A stretch of DNA of 63,737 nucleotides, filler included, from Octopus bimaculoides (GCF_001194135.2; 6 parts of 6 records of this genome joined end to end with filler, not necessarily neighbours in it); one strand, 5' to 3'. Numbered from the whole stretch's first letter, positions 1 through 11,915 are shown. Translations and numbers: made by a program. Notes: a model not told the origin generated them from the letters alone.

Positions 1-288
1 TGTGGATGGTGGTGGGTGGATATCCACGCAGGCTAAAGTGGCGAGCCATGTGTTGAGACTGAGTCTCAAAGTCATGGCTGTCACTACAAAGTCTGCGTAG
101 ACGGAGGAATTGGGAATAGGGGATGGAAAGTTTTGTGTGTTTAGGGTGGGAGGAGGAGAAGTTGAGATAGGAGTGTGAGTCTGTGTGTTTGTAGTGGATG
201 GAGGTGCTAAGGGCGGAGTGAAGGATGCTGACCGAAATGTGGAGAAAGGGGACAGAGGTGTCAGAGATAGTACAGGAGAAGTGGAGGG
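1..288 (-). mobile_element. Penelope-like element, RT C-terminal (thumb) fragment running off the window edge
   Basis: Minus-strand frame is open: LHFSCTISDTSVPFLHISVSILHSALSTSIHYKHTDSHSYLNFSSSHPKHTKLSIPYSQFLRLRRLCSDSHDFETQSQHMARHFSLRGYPP. The YK.TDSHSYL..S.HP..K.SIPYSQFLRLRR.CS...RGYP pattern is typical of PLE RTs. Confidence 0.9.
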
Positions 289-297
289 CATATATAA

Positions 298-342
<45 letters not shown>

Positions 343-602
343 CACAGTTAGCTAAACTTATTATATAACTAATATAATTTGTGTCTACATTTAATTTTAC
401 GTTCATTAAGAGAATAAATCAAAGTATTATTATTATCTCCTTAAATTTATTAGTACACAACTTACAAAAATTATTACCTATACGGTAAGATTTCGCCTTA
501 CACACTATATCCCAATGTAAAATGTACTTAATATTTTTAGATTTTTGTTCCCAAATATATTTACTAAGGCCAGTAGAATTAATCAAATTTCTATTCTTAA
601 AA

Positions 603-1620
603 TTTTATTTAGACTAAAGATTCGATTAGATAAGTTTTGCCTTTCTTTTCAATAATTTTGTTAAATGTTTTTCCTTTATTTATTGGTGATATAAATATGT
701 TGATATAAATTAATTTATTATTTTTGTTAGTTTATATTATAATAAACGTAAAGTAAATAATATAACGTTCACAATTTTAGTTTAACCTAAAACTTCGGTA
801 AGATGAATATTGCATTTATTTTTTCAATACGATTGTTGAATGTCTTTCTTTTATTTATTGATAAAATAAGTATTTTTATATAAATTCACTTGTTATTGTT
901 AGTTGATATACTATTTAACGCTAACGTTTAACATTAACGCATTAACGCATAACGTCTAACATTTTAGTTTAAACCAAAACTGAAAAAAGATTAATGTTGT
1001 ATTTTTTCAATACTATTGTTTAATATTTCTCTTTGATTTATTGGTAAAATAAGTATCTTTTTATAAGCGCATGTATTGTTAGTTTATGTTGTAGTAAAAC
1101 GCGAAGCTAATAGTATAACGTTTAAATTGGATTTTAAACAAAAGATTCGTTAAGATAAGCTTTGCATTTATTTCCAATAATATTGTTAAACGTTTCTCTT
1201 TTATTTTTTGGTGAAATAAATATTTTTATATAAATTCATTTAATATTTCTGTTAGTTTATATTCTAATAAACACAAGGTTAATAATGTCACGTTTATAAA
1301 TTTTAGTTTAACCTAAAATTTTAATAAGATAAATATTACATTTATTTTTAATAATATTGTTAAACATTTTTCTTTTATGTATTGGTAAAATAATTATTTT
1401 TATAGAAATTCATTTGTTATATATTTTTAGCTGATATTCTAATAAACAGTATGTATATAGTATAAAGTTTAATTTTAGTTTAAACAAAAGCTTCGATAAG
1501 TATAATATCATTAAATATTTTTCTTTTATCTATTTGTAAAATAAGTACTTTTACTTCTTAATATAATAAGTATCTTTATATAAATTCATTTGTTATTTAT
1601 TGTTGGTTGATATATGTACC
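603..1620 (+). repeat. Degenerate AT-rich tandem array, about 6 units of ~165-187 bp
   Basis: Anchor TTTTAGTTTAA(A/C)C recurs at ~603, 775, 962, ~1125, 1301 and 1473, each followed by similar AAGAT...CAATA.TATTGTT.AA...TTGGT.AAATAA.TATTTTTATA.AAATTCA blocks. Confidence 0.75.
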
Positions 1621-2220
1621 TTCATTTTATTATTATCATTGTTGTATTTTGACCCGAAGATAAGCTATATTTTTCAATCGAATTGATTTTCGATCGATTT
1701 ATTTTAATCGATTTGATTTGATCTTATTTTTTATTTGAAAATTTGGATATGAAACACGTATAGTCTTTTTTTTATTATTTCAATGATTATCACTTTGTAT
1801 TTTGTTATAGTTCTTTTTAGTGTATTTACTTATTAAATTTTTCTCTACGTGACTGTGGATTTTCATGGATGAGTTCATATATATATATATATATATATAT
1901 ANNNNNNNNNNNNNNNNNNNNNNNNNNNNNNNNNNNNNNNNNNNNNNNNNNNNNNNNNNNNNNNNNNNNNNNNNNNNNNNNNNNNNNNNNNNNNNNNNNN
2001 NNNNNNNNNNNNNNNNNNNNNNNNNNNNNNNNNNNNNNNNNNNNNNNNNNNNNNNNNNNNNNNNNNNNNNNNNNNNNNNNNNNNNNNNNNNNNNNNNNNN
2101 NNNNNNNNNNNNNNNNNNNNNNNNNNNNNNNNNNNNNNNNNNNNNNNNNNNNNNNNNNNNNNNNNNNNNNNNNNNNNNNNNNNNNNNNNNNNNNNNNNNN
2201 NNNNNNNNNNNNNNNNNNNN

Positions 2221-2262
<42 letters not shown>

Positions 2263-2921
2263 GGCTCACCGTAATTTGTTTATACAACTTCAACAACGTA
2301 TTGTATCGTCTCGATGTGATGCGTGCAACCAATGCAGCTAGCGTGAAAGGATCTTTTGCAACCAATGTATCTCACATGGATATGTTCTGATGTTTCTAAA
2401 AGCAACTTTGTTTCCCAAGAAGCTCTCTCGTGTTATCTTCATTTTTGATAGTTGTCAATATTCTTTCATAATTTAAACGTAATTTATGGACTCTTAGCAA
2501 ATGCACCCTTCCTTTGGACGGTGTAATTTATTATAATGGTGCACTCCTTTGGACGGTGTAAGCTGAATTAGCCTGCAGTTAGAAGTAGTTTCAATTTGAA
2601 AAAAAAAAGCAAAATGTATAAGTACCGATTTTGTTAGCAGTTTATTGTATGGTGTTAAGCAACCTAGGTAATGAATAAAGTGTTTTGAACACAAATGAAA
2701 GGCCATGAAATGAGTAGCATAGCATTCGCAATAGGCATTAGGGATCTTATATCTTATCTGAAGCGTTTTGTAGCATGTAGTTATTTTACACGTAATGTCT
2801 GACACAACTGCATTGAAGTTTTTTTTCGATGAAAGTCATGTATGATAAAAAGTCCACCGACTGACCGATGACTTTTATGTGACTCTACGCAGACCCTTTA
2901 AGTTTGCATTGGTTTGAAGTC

Positions 2922-3419
2922 TCATTGTCTTTGTTCATCTGCTACTGACTCCGTTGCAGTGAACATTAAAGCAGCAGCAGTAGGTTTAGCATTACGTGCC
3001 CTCTGCGCAGTGCGTTGTTGTGATGACTGTGAAGCCCTTGCTACAGCAGTAGTTTCAGCATTACGCTTCCTTCGGGCTGTGCGCTGTTGTGGAGAGTCTT
3101 CAGCCGTTGCAGCAGAAGCATTTGTGGCAAGGCGCGCCAACGAGACAGCCCGTTGTCGAGGTGACTTGATAGACATGGTGGCAGCAACTGCTGCAGCATG
3201 ACGGTCTCGGCGGGCCACGTGCTCTACTACAGAATTTGAAACCTTAACGGGTGCAGAAGTTGCAGGTGCGTGTACTGCACGGGTGGCGGCATCGTAGGTA
3301 GCGCACTGGGACAGTCTGTGCGATATCTAGTCTTGCGTTTCGTTATTCCAATATTTTCTGGCTTTCACGGCAGAGTGGGACATTCTACCAATGCGAGCTC
3401 TCTTTCTCTTAGGTGGCAT
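2922..3419 (-). pseudogene. Helitron-like Rep/helicase ORF N-terminus with one in-frame stop
   Basis: ATG at 3419 gives MPPKRKRARIGRMSHSAVKARKYWNNETQD*ISHRLSQ... in the same frame as the listed 2922..3218 ORF (Ala/Arg-rich EDSPQQRTARRKRNAE and SQSSQQRTAQRARNA repeats). An MPPKRK start plus E(S/T)xEQRxxR-type repeats is characteristic of animal Helitron ORF starts (recognition, not a database hit). Confidence 0.6.
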
Positions 3420-3584
3420 TACACGGTTATCGGCAAAATGAAGGCAGAGGTGGGTCAAGACGAATTCGTGAATGATGTTTGTCGTACTGTTGTTTGGCGA
3501 GTGGGTTCAAATAACTATCACAATTGTCTTTAGGAAGGATTGAGAGTGTGAGCCTTTGTGCATTCTGGCTACACATTGTCTTGA

Positions 3585-3870
3585 GGCATTTAAAAATTAA
3601 TTAAAATTTGATTTAAACTGCAGGACTAAGTCAAGGAAATGCTAACGTATAAATATCGGCGGCTTGCAATGAATGGGCATTGTAAAAACTAACTATATAA
3701 CTGTCACAACTTGGTGCGAGTAAAAGCAGAGAATATATATAATATGGATTAATTTCTGAAGGCATTTAAAAGCTAATTAAAAGTTGATTTCAGCTGCGTG
3801 ACTACTCCAAGTAAGTGCTAATGTTCAAACATCGGTGATTTGCAGTGTATGAGCATTGTAAAAACCGTAG
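3585..3870 (+). repeat. Degenerate direct dimer, period 176 bp
   Basis: GGCATTTAAAA..TAATTAAAA.TTGATTT.A.CTGC...GCTAA.GT..AAA.ATCGG.G..TTGCA.TG.ATG.GCATTGTAAAAAC starts at 3585 and at 3761. Confidence 0.7.
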
Positions 3871-4335
3871 TAGAAGACACAGTGAAAGTAGCGTAACTAT
3901 GTCATCTTCATCAAGGTTACTGTCCCTTGAAGCAACAATCGTTGGTATTTGTTATTTACCTAAGAGAATGTGATTTCGTCCCCTAGAGGCAGCATTACTT
4001 ATTTTGAAGAGTGTACGAACATCTGGAGCATGAGTGAAGAATGTTCCCAGTGTGAACGAAATTTGGGTTAAGAAATATTGATTTTAAGGGGGATCAAGAA
4101 AATTTCCTGTGCACCCACACACACACCTATCGTTTCATTATATATAAAATAGAATAAAGACAGGCATTTCCTGTATAGAATACACTTCGAAGTGCTCGAG
4201 GGATTTAAACCCGAGCAAATGGAGGAGTAAATATAAGGACAAGCAAGTCAGGCAAGTCGATATACAAAAGTTATTAAATACATTTAATACAAAAAATGTT
4301 AATATGTATATATGTATATACAAATACACCTCCGA

Positions 4336-4615
4336 CTTACACGGAATGGAAATGACATCAGGAATTTAGGGGTTGAGTGGAAGAATTCTACATTTGAGGT
4401 ATTGATGGAACGGCGAGTAAATCTCTTTATTCTCCATTCTGTCACCACTCCAAATGTAAAAGTTCTTCCCTGAAGACGGAGGCTAGTGGTGTCCGATGAT
4501 GGAATCAAGTTTCAAGCATTATTTCGTACCACCAAGTCTCCAGAAACAGCTTTTGTATTCGAAAAAGTTCTACTAAACTCCCTTAATTCCTGATATCATT
4601 TCCATTCTGTGTAAG
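4336..4615. mobile_element. MITE-like element with ~50-bp imperfect terminal inverted repeats
   Basis: CTTACACGGAATGGAAATGACATCAGGAATTTAGGGG at 4336 matches the reverse complement of CTCCCTTAATTCCTGATATCATTTCCATTCTGTGTAAG ending at 4615. No ORF and no clear TSD. Confidence 0.7.
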
Positions 4616-4766
4616 ATGTTTTTTTTACATGTAGACATATGTACGTATTTGTATAAATATATTTAATATTTTTGCGTAACGACTTCCCTAACTTGCTTGT
4701 CGTTATATTTATCACTCTATATATATGTGTGTGTGTGTATGTGCATGAGTGTGCGTGTATTTGTAT

Positions 4767-4809
<43 letters not shown>

Positions 4810-5196
4810 NNNNNNNNNNNNNNNNNNNNNNNNNNNNNNNNNNNNNNNNNNNNNNNNNNNNNNNNNNNNNNNNNNNNNNNNNNNNNNNNNNNNNNNNNNN
4901 NNNNNNNNNNNNNNNNNNNNNNNNNNNNNNNNNNNNNNNNNNNNNNNNNNNNNNNNNNNNNNNNNNNNNNNNNNNTGAAAGGCAAAATCGACCTCGGCGG
5001 AATTTGAACTCACAACGTAAAGACAGACAGGTACTTAAATTGAGGTAATTTGTTACGTCGGTATAATCCGCACTGAATATCAAAACACTGTGCAGGAGTG
5101 TTTGCACCTGGTATTCCTGCCGCGTGTGCAGGAATCGCTTGAAACGGCCGTAATGATTTGACACCTGTACATCTTTGTGACTCGTTTATATATATA

Positions 5197-5407
5197 GGCG
5201 CATGAGTGGCTGTGTGGTAAGTAGCTTGCTTACCAACCACATGATTCCGGTTTCACTCCCACTGTGTAGCACCTTGGGCAAGTGTCTTCTGCTATAGCCT
5301 TGGGTCGATCAAAGCCTTGTGAGTGGACTTGGTAGACGGAAACTGAAAGAAGCCCGTTGTATATATGTATTTGTGTGTCGTGTGTGTGTGCATGTGTGTG
5401 TGTGTGT

Positions 5408-5441
<34 letters not shown>

Positions 5442-5645
5442 TGTGGATGTGTTTTGTATGTCTGTGTGTCTATCATCGCATGACAACTGATGTTGGTGTG
5501 TTTACGTTCCAGTAAAGGCCGAAAAAATAGGTACTAGGCCTACAAAGAAGAAGTCATGCGGTCAATTTGTTCGATTAAAAAGCTGGTGCTCCAGCATGGC
5601 TGCAGTCAAATGACTGAAAAAAATAAAAGAATGAGAGAATAAAAG
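5197..5645 (+). mobile_element. tRNA-derived SINE (family B), near full length with internal (TG)n
   Basis: A-box-like TGGCTGTGTGG, decayed B box, then GCACCTTGGGCAAGTGTCTTCT...GGAAACTGAAAGAAGCCCG, (TG)n and a 3' GGTGCTCCAGCATGGCTGCAGTCAAATGACTGAAA-(AAAAGAAT)n tail. Partial copies occur elsewhere in the window. Confidence 0.85.
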
Positions 5646-6060
5646 AATATATATACATACACACATATACATGTACACACACGCATACATACACGAACGC
5701 ACAAACATATGAACGCACATATAGCTCCGCACACACACATATACATATGCTCACACACACACATGCACGCATACAGAGGCACACACACGCATACATACAC
5801 ACATACCAACCCCACGTACACACACATATACACACGCACATACATACACACTCACACACACATATACACATGCACACACATACACGCACGCACACACACA
5901 CCTCGTACACACAACAAAACACACTCATACATACACGCCCACAATTGCATACGAATACGCACATACACACACGCACACATACGCACACACATGCAAAACA
6001 CACACACACACACACAACGTATACATACACGCACACGCATACACACACACATACTTCAAA
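5646..6060. repeat. Compound degenerate (CA/TA)n simple repeat
   Basis: About 400 bp of CACA/TACA/CGCA units; explains the His/Thr and Cys/Val ORFs. Confidence 0.9.
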
Positions 6061-6540
6061 CTGCCAGTCAAATACCTTTCTACTGACAATTCCTCTACGC
6101 ACACGTGAAGAGACACCAGCTCCTCAAAGAACCACCACAACTCTTACCATGCTGCTGAATTCTTACTACAACATTAGAGACAGGAATTTGACTTCAACAT
6201 ACACATATAAATAGCCAACACCACATAAAGACCACACACACAAAACACACATGCTGTCACATATACACACAGAGACTTGCGTACACGCGCATGCCCACAC
6301 ATACACATATCTCCTTATCTTACACTTTCCTGTCTTATAAAGAACTTTTTCACCCATTCCCTTCCGGTCATTTCAAAATATAACCACATGTGGATTGTTG
6401 GCGATTTTTCCCTCGGTCTTCCTTTTCTCTAGGACTTTCTTCTGTCTCCAGTCTCTGACGAAGAGCTTTGCACGAAACATAAACCCACCTTTCTTTCCTT
6501 CCTTGAACGTGGATCCAGTTTTTCTCACTCGCAAAACGAG

Positions 6541-6551
6541 CGCCCCACCCC
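6541..6551. promoter_or_regulatory. GC/GT box (Sp/KLF-type site)
   Basis: CGCCCCACCCC (GGGGTGGGGCG on minus) in non-repetitive DNA ~180 bp from an X-box match. Confidence 0.35.
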
Positions 6552-6725
6552 TTAATTTTGCTCAGACTGCTTTCAATTTTGATGTATTGAGGCAAATCTG
6601 AATTTTCATTACTATCAACCAATTACTTTATCTCGTAAATTAAAGAATCTGATGTTATTTGAAATTAAAGTTGGAAAATTTGGCTACTTCTAGCGAATCA
6701 ACAGACAGTGTGACATTAGCAGCTT

Positions 6726-6739
6726 GTTACCATGACAAC
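6726..6739. promoter_or_regulatory. RFX-binding X-box
   Basis: GTTACCATGACAAC fits the X-box consensus GTHNYYATRRNAAC at all positions. Confidence 0.5.
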
Positions 6740-8429
6740 CACACGCTGTGTTATGGCTCACTGTTGTCTGTGCCGCTGTTGTCTATGTTGATTGTTCACA
6801 CTTGATTCTTCTTCACATCACAAGATTCTTTTCACCGCGTGTTTTGTTTTAATTTTTCTGTGTGTTAGTATATTACTTATTTTTCTGTGCTTCTGTGTGT
6901 TAGTATTTTTACATATTTTTCATTTCATATATTTTTTGGGACTCGTTGCCTCAGCTGGATTTATGATTTCACTAGGTTAGTTCTATTCATAAAAAATTTA
7001 ATTAGTAGTATTTCTTAAACCATTAGCTTCTCGTTTCAACAGCATAACTGAAATTTAGCCCACGCAACAGGAACTGAGAGGGATATCGTGGAACAGAGAA
7101 ACTGTGGCTGATAATTTGATATTATTTTTGAATTCTGCATGCAAAAACATACAAGATACAGATATTCTTTTCCTTGGGACAAATTCTTTGTTGATCAGTG
7201 TTAATCTTATCGTAGTTTACAAATCCAAGCATGTAAACGTTAGTCAACTTTGGAATTTTGGAGACAGATACCCCCATTTCACACACACAGACATACATAC
7301 ATGCACTTATATATTAATGATGTACACAAATATATGACAGGTGTACATAATACTGAAAACGCTTAAATAAATGTATTAATACAACAAATTGAAAAGAATG
7401 ATAACAAATATACAATCAATGAAGACACAAAACAAACTGTAAGATGATACATGTTGATTTTATTACGTATTTCTGTTTATTTAGGTACCTACAATGAAAA
7501 TAGGTATTTTTGCTTATCTAGAAACCTACAATGAACAGTTCAGACGCTAAACTATAAATTTTACAGGGTACAACATTAAAGTTGACACCGCTCCGCTAAA
7601 CGCAAAAAAAAGTCTGTCTATTGGCTAAAAATACCAAGTTTTTTTCGATTTTAAACCTCTGTAACATTTTTCTCCAATTTTATTTCTCCACAACATCATA
7701 CTTTCAAAGCAATGAGACTGGAAGGCTACATTATTATAACTGATTTTCAGATTTAAAAATTTTTTTTGAAAAAAAATGCATATTTTACGAATAAGAAGAA
7801 ACTAGATACTTGAGCGTCTTCTAATTCTTTGCATGTACAACGTCCCCACGTTTTTGTCGTTTACTCGTGTTTGTTCTTCATGCTTTTTTTTATTTACTAG
7901 ATAGATAGATAGATAGATAGATATGACAGGTTTCAGAACTGTTTCTTTCTACTGAATTTCAAACATTTTTTTGTTTGACCGAATTATGGTAGAAAACATT
8001 TCACTCAGATGTCTTACATTGGAATGTAAATCAGATCCACGTTGTTGCAAATTGAACGTCTTCAACATAAAGCCATACCTGCATTAATTAACCGACAAAA
8101 GTTTCGCTATATAGTTTTATTAAAACTAATGAATGAAAATCTATAATCAGTAAACGCTCACTTTTATTATTTCTTTAAAATGCCCTCTATTTCTTGTTTT
8201 CATTATTAATTATATTTGCTCACCAACATCACCGCCAGCATAAACTTCTGTACGTTTAGCTCCCAAAGTTGCAGCATCAACACCATCAGCTCAAGCATCT
8301 TCATTAAGAGTTGCGGCCGATACCACATACTTAGCATCTCTTTATGCATTGTTGTCTATCATTTGTCTTTCACTCATCTCTTCATTTCAAATTTCTCATT
8401 TTTCTGAGTTTGATTTTTTTTTTTTTCAG

Positions 8430-8478
8430 AAATACGAGGAAGTAGTTTATCGCAAGTCTTCTAGAAATATAATGAGAA
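8430..8478 (+). CDS. Candidate 49-nt exon of an unidentified gene (coding or 5' UTR/start exon)
   Basis: Strong acceptor (T)15-CAG at 8427-8429 and GTAAGT donor at 8479. One open frame, KYEEVVYRKSSRNIMR, with an ATG at 8472. Confidence 0.35.
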
Positions 8479-8525
8479 GTAAGTACCTTTCAGCGGAAGC
8501 TTCATCTATGTTAGCGAGTGTGACG

Positions 8526-8557
<32 letters not shown>

Positions 8558-8829
8558 GNNNNNNNNNNAGAGAGAGAGAGAGAGAGAGAGATTGGCGGGT
8601 ATGTATTTGTTGGAAAATGGTGAATTAAGAACCACGAATATCACGACTGACATACTTTTCAGAGTCTTCAAACTTATATCTTCAAAGTAACCGGAAATCA
8701 TTTTTTGTTTTTGTATTCCTTTCGTGAATATCATACCCGGTGACATTTTCATAGGCGGTTACGTCTAAAAGTGGTTTTAGTTTTGAGCTAAAAAAATTTC
8801 ACTGTAACACAAGAAGCTTTTTAAGGAAA

Positions 8830-9760
8830 TGAATTATCTATCTCCGAAATGTAAGTCTTGCGGAACTAAAGGATAGAAATTTCTAATGAAATTAGAGTCA
8901 TGGAATAGCATTGAAAGGACTAAGAAGAAAATATGGAAGGCCAATTCATGGTATGGTAGCCACAGATAGCAGAATGTCATGTTCGTCGACGCCACCACTA
9001 CAGGTGAACTGACGTAATGCTTTAGAAGGGCCCAAGACATGCTTAAGCTATGAATTAAGATTATAGAAAGACCAAGTAACCTTACCAAATCCCTAATCGG
9101 TGGAACCTGCCCTTTTAATAGAACCCCCTGTACTGATAGTAACTGTACTGTATGTAGCGTTAGCTAACGAACAAACTGTAAAGCTAGGAATGTAGTCTAT
9201 AGAAAAAGATGTACAGAGAGACGGTGCAGAAACAAGACAACGACGTACGTTGGGAGACAGCACGTAGCATAGGAGAGAGGCTTAATGAACTTTGGTGGGA
9301 ACTCAAGGAAGAGAAGAGCTCGTCGTTACTATACCAACAGGCCGAGCGGGAATACTGAGGACACTCAACAACATAGAAGTAAACACCGTACCCACAAATA
9401 GAAAGGACGCAACGCTTAGTCAAATTACAGAAGCTACACACATAATAGAAGATAAACGTAGCCTAAATAGAAAACTAGAATGGAACACTAGCACACACAC
9501 ACCCCACACCACAACTTGATGGTGGAATAAGATCCCCATAAACTAATAATAATATGAAACTAATGTAATAAATAGATAGATAAATGGAATTAAATAATTA
9601 AATACGTTAGAAAAATCATAAATTAATACAAAAAAAAAGGAAAGAAGAAAGCAAAAGACCACTGATGAGGTCACAAAAGTGTGACGAAAGAACTTTGGCC
9701 GAAATATAATTAAGAGGAAAAAAAGCTGAAACAAGTGAAAACTGGATGACTAGTGCGCGT
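8830..9760 (+). mobile_element. Penelope-like element 3' part: Cys-rich linker, GIY-YIG endonuclease and 3' tail
   Basis: Frameshifted peptides ...CPFNRTPCTDSNCTVCS..NCKARNVVYRKRC..TYVGETARSIGERLNEL..EEKSSSLLYQ..IEVNTVPTNRKDATLSQITEATHIIEDKRSLNRKLEW, followed by an A-rich tail with a CTGATGA...GAAA motif at 9662. Confidence 0.8.
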
Positions 9761-10094
9761 GTTTTCATTGGCTAAATTGTCAGCATGACCATCCACAAAT
9801 GCAACAACATATATATATATATTGGGTATGGTAGATGAGCTCAGCAAAAATTTAGATTTAGAGGAATATTGTACTTAAGTTGAGGCACCAGAATTTAGTA
9901 CGGTATTATCCATACAATTTCAAAGTAAAGTGATTAAAATCAAAATAAGCAACAAAGATATCCAGAGGCAGTGCAACTCCATTTAATTGAACAATGCAAT
10001 CATTACATCATTTTAAAATGCAGAGCAATCCTCAGCTGCACATATATAGAATTTGATTAAATTAGAACAGATATATATATATATATATCATGTA

Positions 10095-10275
10095 ACCTCG
10101 TGGGCATCGGTACCATTTTCCTCTTTCTCCGTTCTTCCATTCTCCGAACTTTCCATCTTTCCGACGAAGGGCTACGCCCGAAACGTCATACACTCTCTCT
10201 TTCCTTTCCTGAGCGTCCAATAATACTATCCATATCACGTCCTCACTTTGTTGTTTTTTTGTTTTTTTGTTAATG
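10095..10275 (+). mobile_element. Penelope-type terminal fragment with hammerhead-like motif
   Basis: Pyrimidine-rich segment containing CCGACGA-A-GGGC-TAC-GCCC-GAAAC-GTC at 10161-10187. Confidence 0.5.
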
Positions 10276-10286
10276 TGTTTTTGAAC

Positions 10287-10318
<32 letters not shown>

Positions 10319-10319
10319 A

Positions 10320-10550
10320 GTATATATGCTTGTGTGTCTCTGTTTATCCCCACCACCACCACCAACGCTTGACAACCGATATTGGTATGTTTACGTCCTC
10401 ATAACTTAGCGGTTCGGCAAAAGTGATCGATAGAATAAGTACTGGGCTCTCAAAGAAGAAGTCCTGGTGTCGATTTATTCGACTAAAAGCGTTGCTCCAG
10501 CATGGCTGCAATCAAATGAGTGAAGCCAATAAAAGAAAAGAATAAAAGAA
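10320..10550 (+). mobile_element. SINE family B, 3' half
   Basis: CTTGACAACCGAT...TTTACGTCCTCATAACTTAGCGGTTCGGCAAAAG...GCTCCAGCATGGCTGCA...AAAAGAATAAAAGAA, homologous to 5480-5645. Confidence 0.8.
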
Positions 10551-10769
10551 AAGTAACCATTTCCTCGTCAGTTATCGACCAATGTCTCGATTTCACCTTC
10601 GTGTCATTATCGATGATATTACATCCAACCTGGAGGCAACCAGCAAGAGACTTGCGGGAAATGCGATCAAAACATAACAAAACAAGACAGCCGAAGGACA
10701 AAAATAACGAAATAGATAAACAGAATGACCTTAAGTACCGGCGAATACAACAACAACAAAAAAACAGTA

Positions 10770-10820
<51 letters not shown>

Positions 10821-10864
10821 ATGAATGAGTACTTTAACATCAATTAGACGAACTGACAGAATAA

Positions 10865-11057
10865 TTATCGTACTGGACGAAATATTTAGCACTATTTCGC
10901 GCCACGCTACAATATGAATTCAAATTCCGCCAGGGTCGTTTTTGCTTTTCATTCTTTCGATGTCGATAAATCAAGTACCAGTGAAACACTAGGATCGATG
11001 AAATCAATTAGTCTCCTCCTACAAAATTTCAGGACTTGTGCCTATAACAGAAAGTAT
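10865..11057 (+). mobile_element. tRNA-derived SINE (family A)
   Basis: GGACGAAATATTTAGC...TTCAAATTCCGCCAGGGTCG...TTTGCTTTTCATTCTTTCG..GTCGATAAAT.AAGTACCAGT...AAATTTCAGGACTTGTGCCTATA, the same as the copies at 28.9-30.5 kb. Confidence 0.85.
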
Positions 11058-11384
11058 TAATTGAATAACAAATGTAAAAACTTTGATTTGCAGTTGTTTA
11101 GAAATTAATTTACGTCAGACAAAGTCCATAATGTGTAAGTGAAAGATTTACTTTACTACCACGCCAATGTTATATATACATATTGCAAGTATGTAATATA
11201 TATATAGTCGTATATTATATATATATATATGGAATTCAGTTAGAGATTATGTTATACTCATGAAGGGAGTGTGTCATCTAAGGAAATACTGTTCAATACT
11301 TAATATTTTGGAGGAAATTGATATTCATAAAATAATAGGCTTGTATATAAACCACAGTTTATATTCATATAAATGAAGGACAAT

Positions 11385-11689
11385 AAAATGGAGATATTGA
11401 AGTTAATAAGAGTTTATTATCAGCAACAAATTGATCGTTATCCCTTACAGCTGTTTCAGTTACACAGAGAAATTAAGTAAATATTAGAATCATGTTTCCG
11501 AGCATAATCTCTTCCGAGGCCAAAAGTATACCTTTAGATATTTTCTGTTTGTTTGTAGACACATCACAGCAGACTGTAATGATTTTAATATTCAATTAAT
11601 TTTTCTTTGTATAATTGAAACAGCTGTAAGGGATAATGATTGATTTGTTGCTGGTAATAAATGCGCATTAACTTTAATATCCCCATTTT
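11385..11689. repeat. Long inverted repeat (foldback), ~107-bp arms with an 89-bp spacer
   Basis: 11385-11491 is the reverse complement of 11581-11689 at roughly 80-85% identity by eye. Confidence 0.85.
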
Positions 11690-11693
11690 CTTC

Positions 11694-11726
<33 letters not shown>

Positions 11727-11883
11727 NNNNNNNNNNNNNNNNNNNNNNNNNNNNNNNNNNNNNNNNNNNNNNNNNNNNNNNNNNNNNNNNNNNNNNNNNN
11801 NNNNNNNNNNNNNNNNNNNNNNNNNNNNNNNNNNNNNNNNNNNNATATATATACATGAATACATACATACATACATACATACA

Positions 11884-11915
<32 letters not shown>

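Noticed and set aside
6368-6622. SET/PR-domain-like start (DLPQYIKIESSLSKIKGWGARF)
   Set aside because: The resemblance to LPxxLxIxxSxIxGxG ends after ~20 residues with no FGPYxG or later SET motifs. The region is better explained as promoter-like DNA.
7560-7790. Possible Tc1-type end (TACAGGGT...)
   Set aside because: No matching inverted end or second TA found nearby.
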